In this document: positions 38,141 to 52,015 of the stretch, in pieces
How positions within the stretch are numbered: the first letter of the stretch is position 1
Layout: every line of letters starts with the position of its first letter
Source of the DNA: Vicugna vicugna
Lineage: Eukaryota
Length of the DNA: 64,000 nucleotides
Assembly (NCBI GenBank): GCA_013265495.1
Contig: MU058198.1
Span: 6,339,779 to 6,403,778, forward strand
Reading direction: 5' to 3'
Made by a program: the position numbers and the translations under genes
The notes under the pieces: model-generated
Databases searched by the model: none
Seen by the model: only the letters and a program-made list of their open reading frames with translations
What the model was told of the DNA's origin: nothing

Positions 38141-41100
38141 GGTGGATGGGTGGAGGTGGACGGTGGACTCCTGGAAGGGGATGGATCAGTCAGGTTTGAG
38201 AAAAGCTATAAATCCAGATGTTTCTGTGAAATGTTTCAATTTGCAAATATTGGCCACTTATTCAAAGATGCTGTAAACCTTGCATGGCCAAACAAAACAG
38301 ATGGACAGTGGGATCTGCCCTATAGGCCCATGGGTCTGCAGCCTCAGACACAAGGTCAGATCACCTCAGCTCCATTACTGAGTGCTTGCTGTGTACGAGC
38401 CACACACCCACGTTATCTGCTTCAACTCCAACGACACTATCGTGAGGCAGATGTCTTCAATCTCTTGTCCCAGCCAAGGGAACTGAGGCTCAGAGAGAGC
38501 AAGCCCCCACCAGAAGCCACACAGCAGGAGAGTGGCAGCTGGGGGGCTGGAGCCTAGACTGCTGACCCTAAGGCCTGTGGTCATGGGATGTTCTGCCACC
38601 TACATCATCCAGACAAAAAACAAAACCAAACCCTCATTTTACCCATGAGGAAAGAAAAGGCCAGAGAGAGAGGGAGTGTGAGGTCACTTAGTAAGTTGGC
38701 ACTGGAACCTGGACTCGAACCCGGGGCTCACGACACCTGGTACAGTGCCCTTCCCCAGGCCTGTCGGAGGAGCCCAGGGAGCCTGAATGAACTGGGTCAG
38801 GGGACAGGGTGCAGCCCAGCACAGCAAGCAAGCATCAGGCCCTGGAGCCTTCGTGAATTGCAGCTCTGCCGCTCAGAAGCCATGTGACCCTGAACAAGTC
38901 ACGTCACCTCTCTATGCCTCCGTTGCCTCATCTGGAAAATGGGTGTAACCATGGCACCTACCTCACAGGGATGTTATGGGGATGAAAGGAAGTAACCCCT
39001 AATGAGGGCTGAGAGTCATGCCCTTCCAAGTCCAACTCTACCTATCGGCTGCTCCCAGCCCGTCCAACATTACACCAATGTATTCCCAGCATGGGGAGCC
39101 TCCAAGTGATGGGGACATGACCTGCGTCTTCATACTTGTGAAAATGGAGCAGCATAATGTAAGGGATGGACAGAAGAGCTGGGATTTTCTTTAGAAATGA
39201 AAGGAAAGCAAGAAAGGCATAGGGGCAGCAGGGGGCTTTATCTTCCTCAGGGGGAACGAGCCCACCCTGCACCCCTTCGTGTGTCTAAGGAGGGGGAGGC
39301 GTTGCTGATGCCTCAGCGGAAGGGGAGGGGTTCTTCGTCGGCCCCCTGCTTCATCACAGAGTGAGGAGACATAGAGCCTGGCAGAGAACTGGCTACAAAG
39401 AACCACAGTCATGACAACCAACGGTCATCCTACAAATGTTGACTGAACACCTACTGTGTGCTAGTGTCCTGAGCACTGGGGAGCCAGCCATGAATAATGC
39501 GGATAAACTCAACGCCCACCCTCACAGAGCTGGTGGACCAGACACAAAACAATCAAGCGACACTGAGGGGCAGTCGATGGTGACAAGTGCTAGAAGGAAA
39601 ATCAAGCAGGACAAGTATGGAGAGATCAGTGCTGAATCGAGGGCTAGGAGAGAGCTGACTTAAAGAAGTTTCTGGAAGTAGTCTTAAGGCCATCTGGGGG
39701 AAAAGCATTCCAGGCAGAGGCCAGTGCAAAGGTCCTGAGGCCAAGTGTGCCTGGTGTCAGGGGCCAGTGGGGACCAGGAGGGAGGATAGGAGCTCAGAGA
39801 GGCAGAGAGACCATTAGCCTGGGAGGGACTGAGGGTCACCTTCAGGCAGGGCCTTGAACTTCTGGGAGGATGTGGCTTTGACTCTAAGTGAGGGGGTGCT
39901 GCCAAAGGGGGGCTGTGCAAAGATGGGACAGGATCTGACAATTGCTCTGATGCAGGGTGACAGGGGGACAATGGTGGGCACGAGGAGGAGGAGCAGTCCA
40001 CAGGAGAGATGTGGGCAGCTGACAGAGGTGACCAGGGGCACTCACACACCCAGCAGATGCCTGGCACTTTCTCTGCACTATTTCACTGAATCCTTGCACC
40101 TTGAACAGGTGCTCGTTGCTCTGATCCCCATAATCCCATTCTACAGGGCAGCAAACTGAGGCTCTTGCCCAAACCACACTGCTAAAAAGAGGTGGTGTGT
40201 AGCCTTACACTTGAGAAGCAGCCATCCTTCACAAAAGGGAGTGGGCATCGTCCCACCCATCACAGGGGAGAGAGTGGCTCTGGAGTTGGAACACCAAATG
40301 TCCAGCTTCTCCTCCCCATGACTGGTCTCTCCCTTCTCTCTGGCCACCCCAACCCCACTTCCCTCCAGCCACCCTCACAAACTCCCCGAGACCAGGCCTC
40401 TCCATCCATCCACCAGTCACCCATTTCCTGAGGCTCAAACACACACTGCCTGAGATGCAGTCCAATATCACCCGTGCCCAATTAGCACGGCCACCTGCCT
40501 GCCACCCCATCTCGCCCACCTCCGGACCTTCACTCGTGCCTCCTCCAGGCCTTTACTCCGCTGCCTCTCCCACCTCAATGCTTGCATCTGCACCCACTCG
40601 ACCCTTAGGAGCATCTAATTCAGAAGAGAAATTCAATTTGCGTGAAGGGCTTGGGGTAATTCTGTGTTGAGGCCACGCTTCCCTTTCTGTTTGTTGAAGG
40701 AGGTTGGTGCTCCTTCTTGGAGGAAGAAAAAGAGGTTTCTTTGTGCCGGGTCTGGGGAAATTGTGTCTGCTTAGGACAGGCTGCAGTTTTCTCTGTGAAC
40801 GCTGTAGATTTTTAGTGTGGGAAAAAGGGCTTATTCGATTTCCCTGTGGCTGCCCAGAATGGGGAGAGGTTTTTCTGAGCGCAGAAAGAAATTACCGAAC
40901 AGGCGTTTGAGAGGAAGGAACATTTAGCAGCTGCTTCTCATGGAGAGGTTAGGATTTCGTGGTTGGTGTTTTCATTGGAGTGAACATAAAATGCAGAGAA
41001 CGGAAGAAAGCCGTCCCTGTAGTCTCACAGGTGGGAGGGAAGGAAGTTAGTCCTCGGTGTTCTCAGGGGTGTGGAAAGAGGAGGACAGGATTTTGTTGTG

Positions 41101-41181
41101 GGTGGGGGGGCGTTGTTAAGGTGTTTTTTCCTCTTCAAGTAGAAAATAAATTTTAAAATGGTCGCAGAACCCAGAAGAAAG

Positions 41182-41195
41182 GTTGTCATAGCAAC
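41182..41195. promoter_or_regulatory. RFX X-box
   Basis: GTTGTCATAGCAAC, a near-perfect match to palindromic GTTRCCATRGYAAC. Confidence 0.55.
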
Positions 41196-44007
41196 AAAAG
41201 TTTGAGGCCAGGTACCTCCTGGCACCCTTTCAGTACCACGACAGTGGAGGGGCAGGATCTGGGCATCGTAGCATCAGCCAGGGGAACCATCCAAGCTGGC
41301 TCAGACCTCCCAAATTTCTCACAAGCACTGACAGGCTGATAACTATTTTTCAAGCTCCCAGGGAGGAGAATTATGATTTTCTAGGAGGAACGACCTCCAG
41401 CCAACAGTGCTCAAGAGAAAAGAGAAAACTGTGGCTTTGTTTTATTTACCCAACAAACTAACTATCCACGTTTTTACTAACAAAGGACTGGGGGTGAGGG
41501 TCTTATTGCTGAACCCCCCAAATCACTCCCTTCTACAATCTCCAACTGCTCTATTTTCTTCCCTGATCATTTCGCCTTGATTCCTTTCTGCCCCAAGATG
41601 ACAATTCAGGCCCCCTCATCAGCGGTTAGGCCAAACAGAAACCTCTCTGAACGTCTAATTCCTCATCTGAAAAATGGGTACCATAGAAGTGCGTACTGCC
41701 AGGGTCTTGGCAAAGATTCAACAAGGTCTGGCAGGCGAGACGTTTCAACAATGCCTGGGGCACATTCAAGACTCAAAAAAAAAAAAGGCTAATATTGTTT
41801 TTAAATGTTTTTCAATTCATAATTTTTTTTAACGCTCAGGTTTAAACATCCTGGGTCATGCCCTGGATGAGCTACACAGATGAGCTACAGGGAAATAATG
41901 ACCAGGGTTGGGGGTGTGAGCTTCAGGAAGAGGCCAGGAGAGACTTCAAACACTTGAAAGGCTCAGCTGGCCAGCGAGGGATGGGACCCTCCTTGGGGCA
42001 GAGACAGGACAACTTCACTGCCAGAGACACAGCGTTGGATGTAAGTGTGAATGTAAAGGAAGGGGCAAGTGGTCTGCATTTTTATACAAAGGAGAAACTT
42101 AGAGGTGCTGTATGGGGACCCCTACCCCAAAAGGTGCAAACATTCCCCACAACAAGGCATTTTGAGATGGGAGAGGTTAAGGTTCTCCTGGAAAGCAGGG
42201 CATTTTAGCCAAGGTGCCTTCTGAGGTAAATTTTATAATTATTATTACATCCCAGAGTAAAAACTCAAGTCCTGAGAGCACACCAGAAGTGAGTTGGATA
42301 GGGTGAACCAGCTGGTCAGGGGTGGGCTCCTACTCCAAGCTTCTTTGGCAAACAGCCAGCATCAAGCAGGTGGTCCCAGAAAAGTTCAGTGGGGCAGCCT
42401 CAGAGGCAAGACAGAGCAGGCAGCACCCCGGGAAGCCTCTAGTTCATGGTCCCAAGACCTCACCTAGCATTTATCCTGCAAATAGGTACTAAGGACCTTC
42501 TGTGCACTACACACTAAACACAGGCTGGAGACAGCAATGAACAAGACAGCTTGGGCCCTGCCCGCACAGAGTGACATCCTGTGGGGACAGAGGACAAGAA
42601 GCTGGTGACTAAAGGCATGCCCCCGGAAAATTTCAGGTTGTGCCAAGTGCGATGAGGGAGATAAAGGCAGCGATGACATATAAAGGTGCAGAGACCCTAC
42701 TTCCAAAGGGCGATAGGGAGGTCTTCTCTCCAGAGGACCCTGCCTGGGAAGACGGGTCAGGAAGTCCCATGGGAGCTGAGGACCGGCCAGAGAACATGGG
42801 GGGGAAGGGCATTCCAGGCAGAGGCAGCAGCCTCCCTGGGCTTATTTCACACTTTCTTCCATCCGTCCTTTAAACCAGTTAGGCCAATGGCTTATTCAGG
42901 GCAAACTAGCGGTTGTCACCCACTCCTGCCTACATGTGAGTACACACATACACCACGTTGACATGAAAGAGCTCTGCACGCACGGAGGAGGTTTAACCTT
43001 GGGGAAAGAGGTCAATTCACTCAAGAGAGTCCCCACACCTGGACTTGGAGCAACATCATCTAAGAGGCACTGGGTGGGTAGGTAGACCAGCACCCCCAGC
43101 ATCTGGCACAACCGTCATCCCCTGAGTCCTGCCAGCAGCTTTACTGTCTGCCGGGGAGACACTCTCTCCGGTCCTGACTGCCTCCAGCGGGCACAGGAAA
43201 GGGTGCGAAGTAAAGGAAGCAGTTTGATCTGCCTTCTGAAAAGTCACCCCTCACCGCCGCCCCCGCCCCTGCCCATTTCTGATCGAAGCCTCTCCGAGCT
43301 GTCCCGCTTTCCAGCTTGCCTCCTCTCCCCGACCCTGCAGCATCCTCTCCCGGCAGGGCCAGGACAGGAAGGGCTCCCTGCTGGGAACCCACCAGACTGT
43401 CCCCACTCCCCACTCCTGCGCTCCCCAAGTCCAGTCTGTGAGCGGTTTAGGGCGGGTTGGGAATGGGGTTGGCAGAATGACCATCTCGGCTCCTGGGATC
43501 TGCGGTGGGAGGGGCGGCTGATAGCAACAGTCCCTGCACCACCAGCACCCCGGGCGGGACAGGGTGGATGGGAGTATCCAGTGCCCCGCGAAAGGAAGAG
43601 GGGGAAGGGGCGAGCACGGAGATGAGTTCTGGCGCGGAAGGGAACGCGCGCCCCTCCGACCCGCAGCCGGGGAGGGTGCCGGGAGACGCGCCTCCCAGAG
43701 ACGCGGCGACGTCCCCAAAGGCGCCCGGCGCTCCGAAGCGGCAGGAGCTCTGCCCGAACCTTGAAACGGCGGAGCGTCCCAAACGCTCGGCGTCCGACCG
43801 CCCCCCCCACACCCACCCCGGACCTGCCCACGGTGCTCCCCGCCCCCTGAACGTCCGGCCGAGCCTGCGGAGCGCGGGGCACGGCGTCCCGGCGGCGGCG
43901 CGGGCCCCCAGCCCGGGCGCGAGGAGGGAGCGCGGGTTTGGGGCTCGGGCGCCGGGGCCGCGCAGCCCGGGGAAGCTGGGAGCCGAGCCCGCGGGCGCCG
44001 CCGCTCA

Positions 44008-44901
<894 letters not shown>

Positions 44902-47138
44902 TCATACTGATCCTGGAGCTGCGGGACTCGTCGGGAGAGATGCCTCATCATAAATGCCGGGTTGTAGAGTCTGAAGGGCTTGTGCTTCCCCTGGGGGGGT
45001 CTCCCGGGGGGATTCGGGCGGCATAAGCCAACAGGACAGGCTCCTGGATGAAGCTGCAATCACCAGGGCTCCTTATCATGGCATGGAACAGCCAGAAGGG
45101 TGGCAAAGAAGTGGCCCACCCAGGATGCCAAGTGTTGGGTATGACACATGGGGCTTCCCCACGCAGGCCATCCCCACCCACCTGAGACCTGAGCATCATG
45201 GCCCAAGGAGGTCCCATGCCAGACACAAAGTTGTTGCAGTTACCAGGCAAGGGTGCCCCGCAGAGGCTGCCAACCCAGAATCTTCAAGGTTGGGGTAGGG
45301 GCAAAATGGTCAAGAATACTGACTCTGGGGTCAGGCCACCCTGGGGCTTGAGCAGTTGTGGGCTTTGAACAAGTTACTAAACCTCTCTAAGCTTCAATTC
45401 CATATCTATAGAAAGGGGAGGAATTTTGGACTATTGTCATGAGATCACACCAGCGAAAAGCACTTGGCACGTAGTAGGTGCTCAATACATGCTGGCCATT
45501 ATTATTAACATCTGAACCAAGGTCAGTGGACCAAATTCACACAAAGCTTTTCAGGATCTCTTGTGCAAGGTGGGATTGCCCAACTGTGAGCTCTCCATTG
45601 TCACCTCTGCCTCTACTCTTAGATGACCATGTTCCCTGAACCCCTGTCACACTGCACAGCACAGGATGCCTGGATGCCCAGGATGTGCAACAATTAATTG
45701 CATGTTGATTGCAAGAGTTCATTTGAATTCTGCCCAAGCTGAGAACTGTTCCAATGACCCCCAGTTCGTGGAGTGGCAGGGCTTGCAGAATTCAAGGTTA
45801 ACGGATTATGAATTGCCTTACTCTGGTGGGTAAGCCTGTGCTCACTGGCAGCTGCTGCTACTCTGCCCGGGGGTAGGTGAGAGTAATTATGGGCAGGAAT
45901 TCCTGGCAGGAACCCATATGAAGGATGGCCAGGGGTCTCCAGACTTGTTTATTAGATCCCTTTTCTGGCCGTAGGCAAGGCATTCCCAACTATTTAGAGG
46001 AGGAGGACCTCCATGCAGTAATGGTGGCACTGAGGGTGTTGGTTGACAGAGAAAATAAATCATGGCAAACAGCTACAAGGAATTCAGTAACACTTCTAAA
46101 CAGGCATGCACTATTCATCAGAGGAGTATCTGTACACATTTGAAAACCAATCCCTTGGATGGGGGCTTCAGGCAGTGGTTTGTGTACATGTGGGCAGGAC
46201 TCAGAGACCTACAGGTTGGGAACCTTGTCCTGGGCATCCAGATGCAGAGAGCCCAAGTGACTTATGTCTCAGAGACCACACTCTCTTAAGAAATACCAAG
46301 AGAAAGCACAGAGGAGATTGAAATTTCCATCTAAGACACTCTTCTACTCGCTGAGCGCCTACTGGATGCTCATCACCAGGGAGAAAAGAGCATGAACAGC
46401 ATTAATAAGTACATTGTAGAGTTGGCAGGTGTTAAGGGCCAGGGAGAAAAATAAAGCAGGGAAGGAGATAGAAGTGAGGGTAGCATATTGTGATTTTTAA
46501 ATGAGGGCTTCAGGTCACTGGGAAGGTGACACTGGAGCAGAGGCTTGAAGGAGGGTGGGAGCAAGCCATGGAGATACCCCAGGAAAGAAGGTTCCAAGAA
46601 GAGGGAGCAGCCAGTGCAAAGGCCCTGAGGTGGGGGGGGGGACTGAGAGCAGTGAGGCCAGAGTGGAGTGGGCAGGGGGAGAGCAGAGAGGTGATGGGGG
46701 GAGGGGACAGATCACAGGGTTGGAGTCTGTTATAAGGACCCTGGCATTTACTCAGAGTAGGATGGGAACCTGGAGAGGTTCTGAGCAGAGGAGAGACACA
46801 TCTGACTTTGAGTATACCAGGACCATTCCAGATGCTGGGTTAAGAACAGAAGAAACCCAGAGACCAGCTGGGGGCTAGTGAGTGAAGTCGGGCACATAAT
46901 GCTTAGACCAGGCTGGTGCAGACCAGGCTGCATCTGCATTGATTTTAAAAGCAGATCCAGCAGCATTTGTTCAAGGATCAGCTGTGGGACGTGAAAGATG
47001 ACTTTGAGGTGTCTGACAGCCTCAAGAGGAGCCGGTGGAGGGTAGGGCTGAGGATGGCCCAGAAGATCTGAAGTTCTGACTGATTTTGCCCTGGGCTTTG
47101 TACTCAAGCTGGAGCTAAGGGCAAGGGGTCAGAGATGT

Positions 47139-47154
47139 GCCACCAGAGGGAGCC
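47139..47154 (+). promoter_or_regulatory. CTCF motif (forward)
   Basis: GCCACCAGAGGGAGCC versus core CCACYAGRKGGCRS. Confidence 0.5.
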
Positions 47155-47277
47155 ACTGCATGTGTCTACACACCCTTTCTGAAATGAATCCAAACTCATT
47201 AGCAGGTCCCCTAGATAGGATGGGTATTTTTATCCTCAAAGAGTGATTCAGTTGGAATTACCTTGGGTGTGGACAGG

Positions 47278-47711
47278 TGTTAAAGAAAAATTATTCCTGA
47301 CCCTTGTTAAGACAGGAAGGCAGCCTTTACTCAGGCACCAGTGCAGAAGTTTTGCCCCAGGAGAGAGAGATCACCCTCAACTCTGAAAATAACCCGGACA
47401 AGAGGAGGGAGCAGGGAGGGGGTCAGTGGATGGACAGTTACTAAGAGGAAACACCAGGGCTGGGAGGATTCTGGCTAAAGTGACTTGACAGAATTCTTGC
47501 TGAAGGTGGCCCGGGAGGATAAGATACCCAGAGTTGGGAATGAGAGGTTTGACTGGGTTTTGAAAATGAGGGATTCTTGTTAAACTGAACCAATAGGATT
47601 CTTGCTAAAAATGAAGTACGCAGGCCAAGGACAGAATCCAAGGGCAGGGCCTTGTTGAGAAGAGGGCTCAGAGAAGCCTGACTAAGGTTTGGTCAAGGAG
47701 GGTCTTTGTCT
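47278..47711 (-). mobile_element. MER31-like ERV1 solo LTR
   Basis: tgttaaagaaaaattattc start, repeated 'attcttgctaaa/ctga' motifs and ggtcaaggag...tctttgtc end, typical of reverse MER31. Confidence 0.7.
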
Positions 47712-50700
47712 GGGGTTGGTGGGGGCGGGGTTTGTTTAGGAGGCCAGACATGTGGGCCCAAACCCCTCCCCCTCCTCTTCAGCCGCTGCCATAGGCCAAG
47801 GCCTCCCATCTCTCCGCTGTTCCCCAGCTCCCCCCCACCAGCTCTCCTCCCCTGCACTTGCTGCCTGGGAGATAAGCCCAGCGCCTCCACGTAACCTCCT
47901 CCAAGCACTCCCCAAAGTCTAGATGCCCCAGTTTGCCTCTCCAGGTCCTATGCAGCTGGCTCTGCCCACATCTCAGCCCCTCTGCCTGCCCCTCCCACAC
48001 CACCACCACACCACATCACTTCCCTCTTCCTCATGTCCCTGGGCTGGGACAGGCCCCAGGCCTCTGCCTTCCTTCTGCCCTTGGCCTGGACGCCCTTGCT
48101 GCACTTATCCTGTGTGGCCTTCAAAGTGCTGTTTAAACATCGCTCCACGCACGGCAGAGCCTTGTCTGCCCCTGGCCCCTACCATCCAGCCCTTTGTCAC
48201 CCCCCCTCTGAGCTGTGATGTCTGTGGACACCTGTCTCCCTCACGGGCCTGGGGGGGTCCCTCGAAGTCCCCCCTACCGGCAGTCTGCAAGGCCACGTTT
48301 GGCCCACAAGCATGCTTTGTTTGGCCTGATTGGAATTGGCCTCCACAGGGTGTTAAATTTTCATGAGTTGCTAACATTCAGTAATCATGAGATTTTGTGT
48401 AAAAATCTAGACTTCCAGCTTCTCCTGCAAGATCAAATTACCTGCCGACACTGGGCCTGCAGTTTTGCATGGCAACTGGCAGATGTCCCCGCACGGGGGC
48501 AGGAGAGGCCATAGTCCCAAGGGGCCCTTCCATCGTTAGGGATACCAGCTGAGGGACCCCTGGGGGCATCTGAATTTGAGAACCTGGAACCAAGGCCCTA
48601 AACATTTCCGATAACACCCATCTATGATGCTAAAGACAGGATGATGATTACAGTCGGGAGGTGGAGTAGTGTCCAGGGGGGGGGGGGGGGCTTCTGGGGG
48701 CTGGTCACACAGGTACATGCAGTTTATAAAAACTCATGGATCCGTGCAGCTGGGAATTGCACCCTTTTTATATTCAACAAAATTGACCAGAAAAATTGTT
48801 GCTATTAATAATGAAATTCATACTTTGCAGAAAACATGAATATGCTTTGAAGGGACATGACCCACATGCATCTCGGTTTCCATTTGGAGTCAGCTGCTGC
48901 AAAGGCTCTCACCAGCTTCTGGGCTTCCTAAGTCACTTCCTGTTTTCTAAACCTTTGAAATAAAGCTTGGGAAACCAGAGCATCCCCAGCCTCCAGGCCC
49001 TCCTAATTACAGCGAGGGATTAGCCAATTTCCAATTACCGGTGAGATTTTTTTAAACATCGACTCCCAAGGTATCTAAGCCGAATACACACTTTACTCCC
49101 TGGTTAAGATGCTTCTCCAGGGCTTCCATGAAAGCCGGCCTCACACTGCTGGTGTGTGTAACATGAGGCTGCCTGCCACTCAGGGCAGTCTTCCCCGGGG
49201 AAGAAGGGACCCTGGAGCTCCGTGCAATCAAAGAAGTCCCAGGGGGTGGCTTCTCTGGAGGAAAAAGAAACCCACTTCATTAGCAAGTGATCAGCTGGAG
49301 TTTCTCTAAAACTGTCTTAGTGCTTCCAACAACTATTCAAGAAGAATTTATCAGGCCCTGGCTCTGTGCCAGGCATTCAGTGAGCAAGACCAACCAGGTC
49401 CTTCACCGGGCTTACGTTCTAGAGAAGGAGACAATAATGAACAAGGAAACCGCTAGTCAATTTGATAATCATAGATGGTGAAACAGGACTCGAGAGGCAG
49501 CAACCAGGGGCCTCGCTGAGGAGGGTGAGTTGAGCTGAGAGGTGTTAGCAGATGTCTTGAATGGAGGATGGAAGATCTGAATTTTAATCCTGCCTCTGCC
49601 ATATCTGGGCCACACCTGTCTCTCAGAGCCTCAGTTTTCCTATCTGTAAATGGAGTAGAGGAAGGGGACATCATCAGGTGCTGAGCATCCTCACCACAGG
49701 AAGAGTCTTCCATCCCCTGTCACTCTCAACCTGCAAGGGGTTAGCTGCCTCTATTTGACAGATGAGGAAACTGAGGGCACATAGAAGAGGCTCTGAGCAC
49801 TAGGTGTAGGGGTGTGTTGGAAAGAACGCCTATCCTACAGCCTTGAACATCAACCTAGGAGCTTAGATCTTACCCTATCAGCGAAGAGGATCCAGTGATG
49901 ACTGGGGAGCTAAGAACACGACATGCCCAGGGTTGTGTTTCTGGAAGGTTGCCCAGGGGTCAGTGGGGTAGGTGGCTGCGAGGTGAGGCGTCTTGGAGAT
50001 GTGTCAGAAGATACGTGCTGTGGTCCATGCGGAGCACTGAAGCCTCCTCTGGGATGAGAAGGAAGCCTGGACTTGCTACCTGGCTGCATTCACAGAGAAC
50101 AAGGCCAGGGCACACACGTACTCCAGGACATCTGCTCAAAAATGTGCTCAGAAACCACAGCGACAGGGTGACCGGCAAATCAGCCTTGGCTCTGACGTCC
50201 CGGGCAGGAGGGAAAGGAGCCAGGCCTGGATAGGAGAGCCTCACAAGGGTCCCCACCATCAGCTGTGACATCCTCTGGATGACAGGCTAGGGAGGGTCTT
50301 AGGGGCTGGAGCATAAATGAATCATAAGAAAGGGTCTGGGAACATTTCTTTGGGACCGAAGGCATGTCAAGCACTATGGCCAAAGGGATATAATTGAACC
50401 CTTATGGAATCCTTACTCGATCTCAGCTGGAGAAGCTGAAGCTCAAGAAGTAGCAGGGCCGGGTTCAGCGTCCCGGGCTGACTCTCTGTGGTCTCCAGGT
50501 GCATTTAGTGCCCAGGTGAAAGTCCCACGGCGCAAACTCGCCTCCTTGTTCCCAGTCCTCGGGATTTTTCCCAGTCCTCAGGAGCTGTAGCTGGTTTGTT
50601 TTACTACTGTCTTGAGGCGGGACAATGAGGAAGGTTGGAGAGAAAACAGGCATTTTAAGTTCTCCTGAACCAGCTCTTCCTGGGCTGTTTATCTGAGTGG

Positions 50701-50879
50701 TTTTTTCCAAACTGTTTTTTGCTTCCCTCTGCTGCCCTCTAGGGGCTGAGAGCGGAGCCACAGGCCTTGGCTCCCGGGACCAAGAAGAAAGCCCCCTCTC
50801 TCCCCATCCACCCACCACCAGGAAACGAAAACTGCAGGAGAGCAACCTGAGGGACACCTGGGACTCGATTAAGTGATTA

Positions 50880-52015
50880 AGAGCAAAGGTGTCCAGCTGG
50901 GCATAAATATTTATAAATTACATAATGATGCAGAAATATATTACGAACAGTATAAAGCATATATAAAAACTAGAAAATTTCAAGGACATAGATTAAACAA
51001 ACATTGTATTTATATGTTTTTATTTTATTTACGAACAGTATAATAGACCTTTTGGCCTTTATTTAAACATTCTTAGTAATATTTTTTTTTACAGCTAGCA
51101 ATGCAATTGCATATACTTTTCTCTTTTTTTAAGTATGGGTTAATGTTCTACCAGATGGTGATTCAAAAGTCTATTTCTAGGATGGAGGTACAGCTCAATG
51201 GCAGAGCATGTGCTTAGCATCCACAAGGTCCTGGGTTCAATCCCCAGTACTGCCATTAAATGAATAAATGAGTCTAGTTCTATGTAGGGTTGTTTCCATA
51301 CTTGATCTGAATGGCGGTTAGAGCTGAAAACAGTGCTGAAATTTGGATTTATAAATCCAAATGGAAGAAGCACCTCATGGACTGTGCTTTCTAAATATCA
51401 ATATTCATATTTTAGTCCCATTCTCAAGATGGGGAACCGTTTTTGGTGAAATCTGGCTGATATACACCCATCTTCCTTGATGTCGGTCATTGAGTCTTGC
51501 AAACAAATCAGAAGATTGGTATCCGTGTATTTTTAACAAATGGATTCAAAACCCCCTGAAAGTTTCTTTTGGTAGCTTTTTAAAATTGGTCGGAACTTCC
51601 TGTTTTTAGGTTCTCAAAGTGTGCAGACTTGGAGAGTTTTTAAGGGAAACACACGTTCGTTGCTTTTTGGCAATAAAAGCTCATAACAATGGAAACATTT
51701 CCAAACATCTGCTTTCAAAATGCTCTTTCCAACACGAGTGTCTCTCAAAAAGCGGTTACATTCTCTCGTACTGTTTAAAAATTACCTTCCTCTTGGAGGA
51801 GCAGATTAGGTGCTTTGTTTTTGGGGGGGACAAGTAGTTGACAGTCATGTGGCACCCAAGAAGAGGTCAGGGGATGTGAGCGCTTGTCTTTTTCACAAAA
51901 GAAGCACATGAGCCTCATCTCCAGGCTCAGCAGTTGTTTAAGGTCACACTCGGGGTCCCTCCCCATCTCATAACAAAGTATCATTGAAGAGTCTTCTTTG
52001 CGAAGATCTTGTCCT
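50880..52015 (-). mobile_element. Decayed hAT-Charlie DNA transposon with transposase remnants
   Basis: Minus-strand fragments LCYEMG, LLSLEMRLMCFFCEKDK and VLLPFG...FSALTAIQIKYGN...EID resemble the Charlie/Buster transposase core and C-terminal hAT dimerisation domain (LLPF.STYLCE..FS.L..IK.KYRN.L). Many stops and frameshifts. Confidence 0.75.
51180..51270 (+). mobile_element. tRNA-derived SINE (camelid Vic-type) inserted in the Charlie transposase remnant
   Basis: A/B boxes. TSD agtctatttcta (51168-51179) / agtctagttcta (51271-51282). Confidence 0.9.

Noticed and set aside
38945..38958. X-box-like GTAACCATGGCACC
   Set aside because: Lies inside a MIR and the right half-site is mismatched.
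48676..48690. G15 homopolymer
   Set aside because: Within a decayed L1 fragment; length unreliable and no evidence of function.
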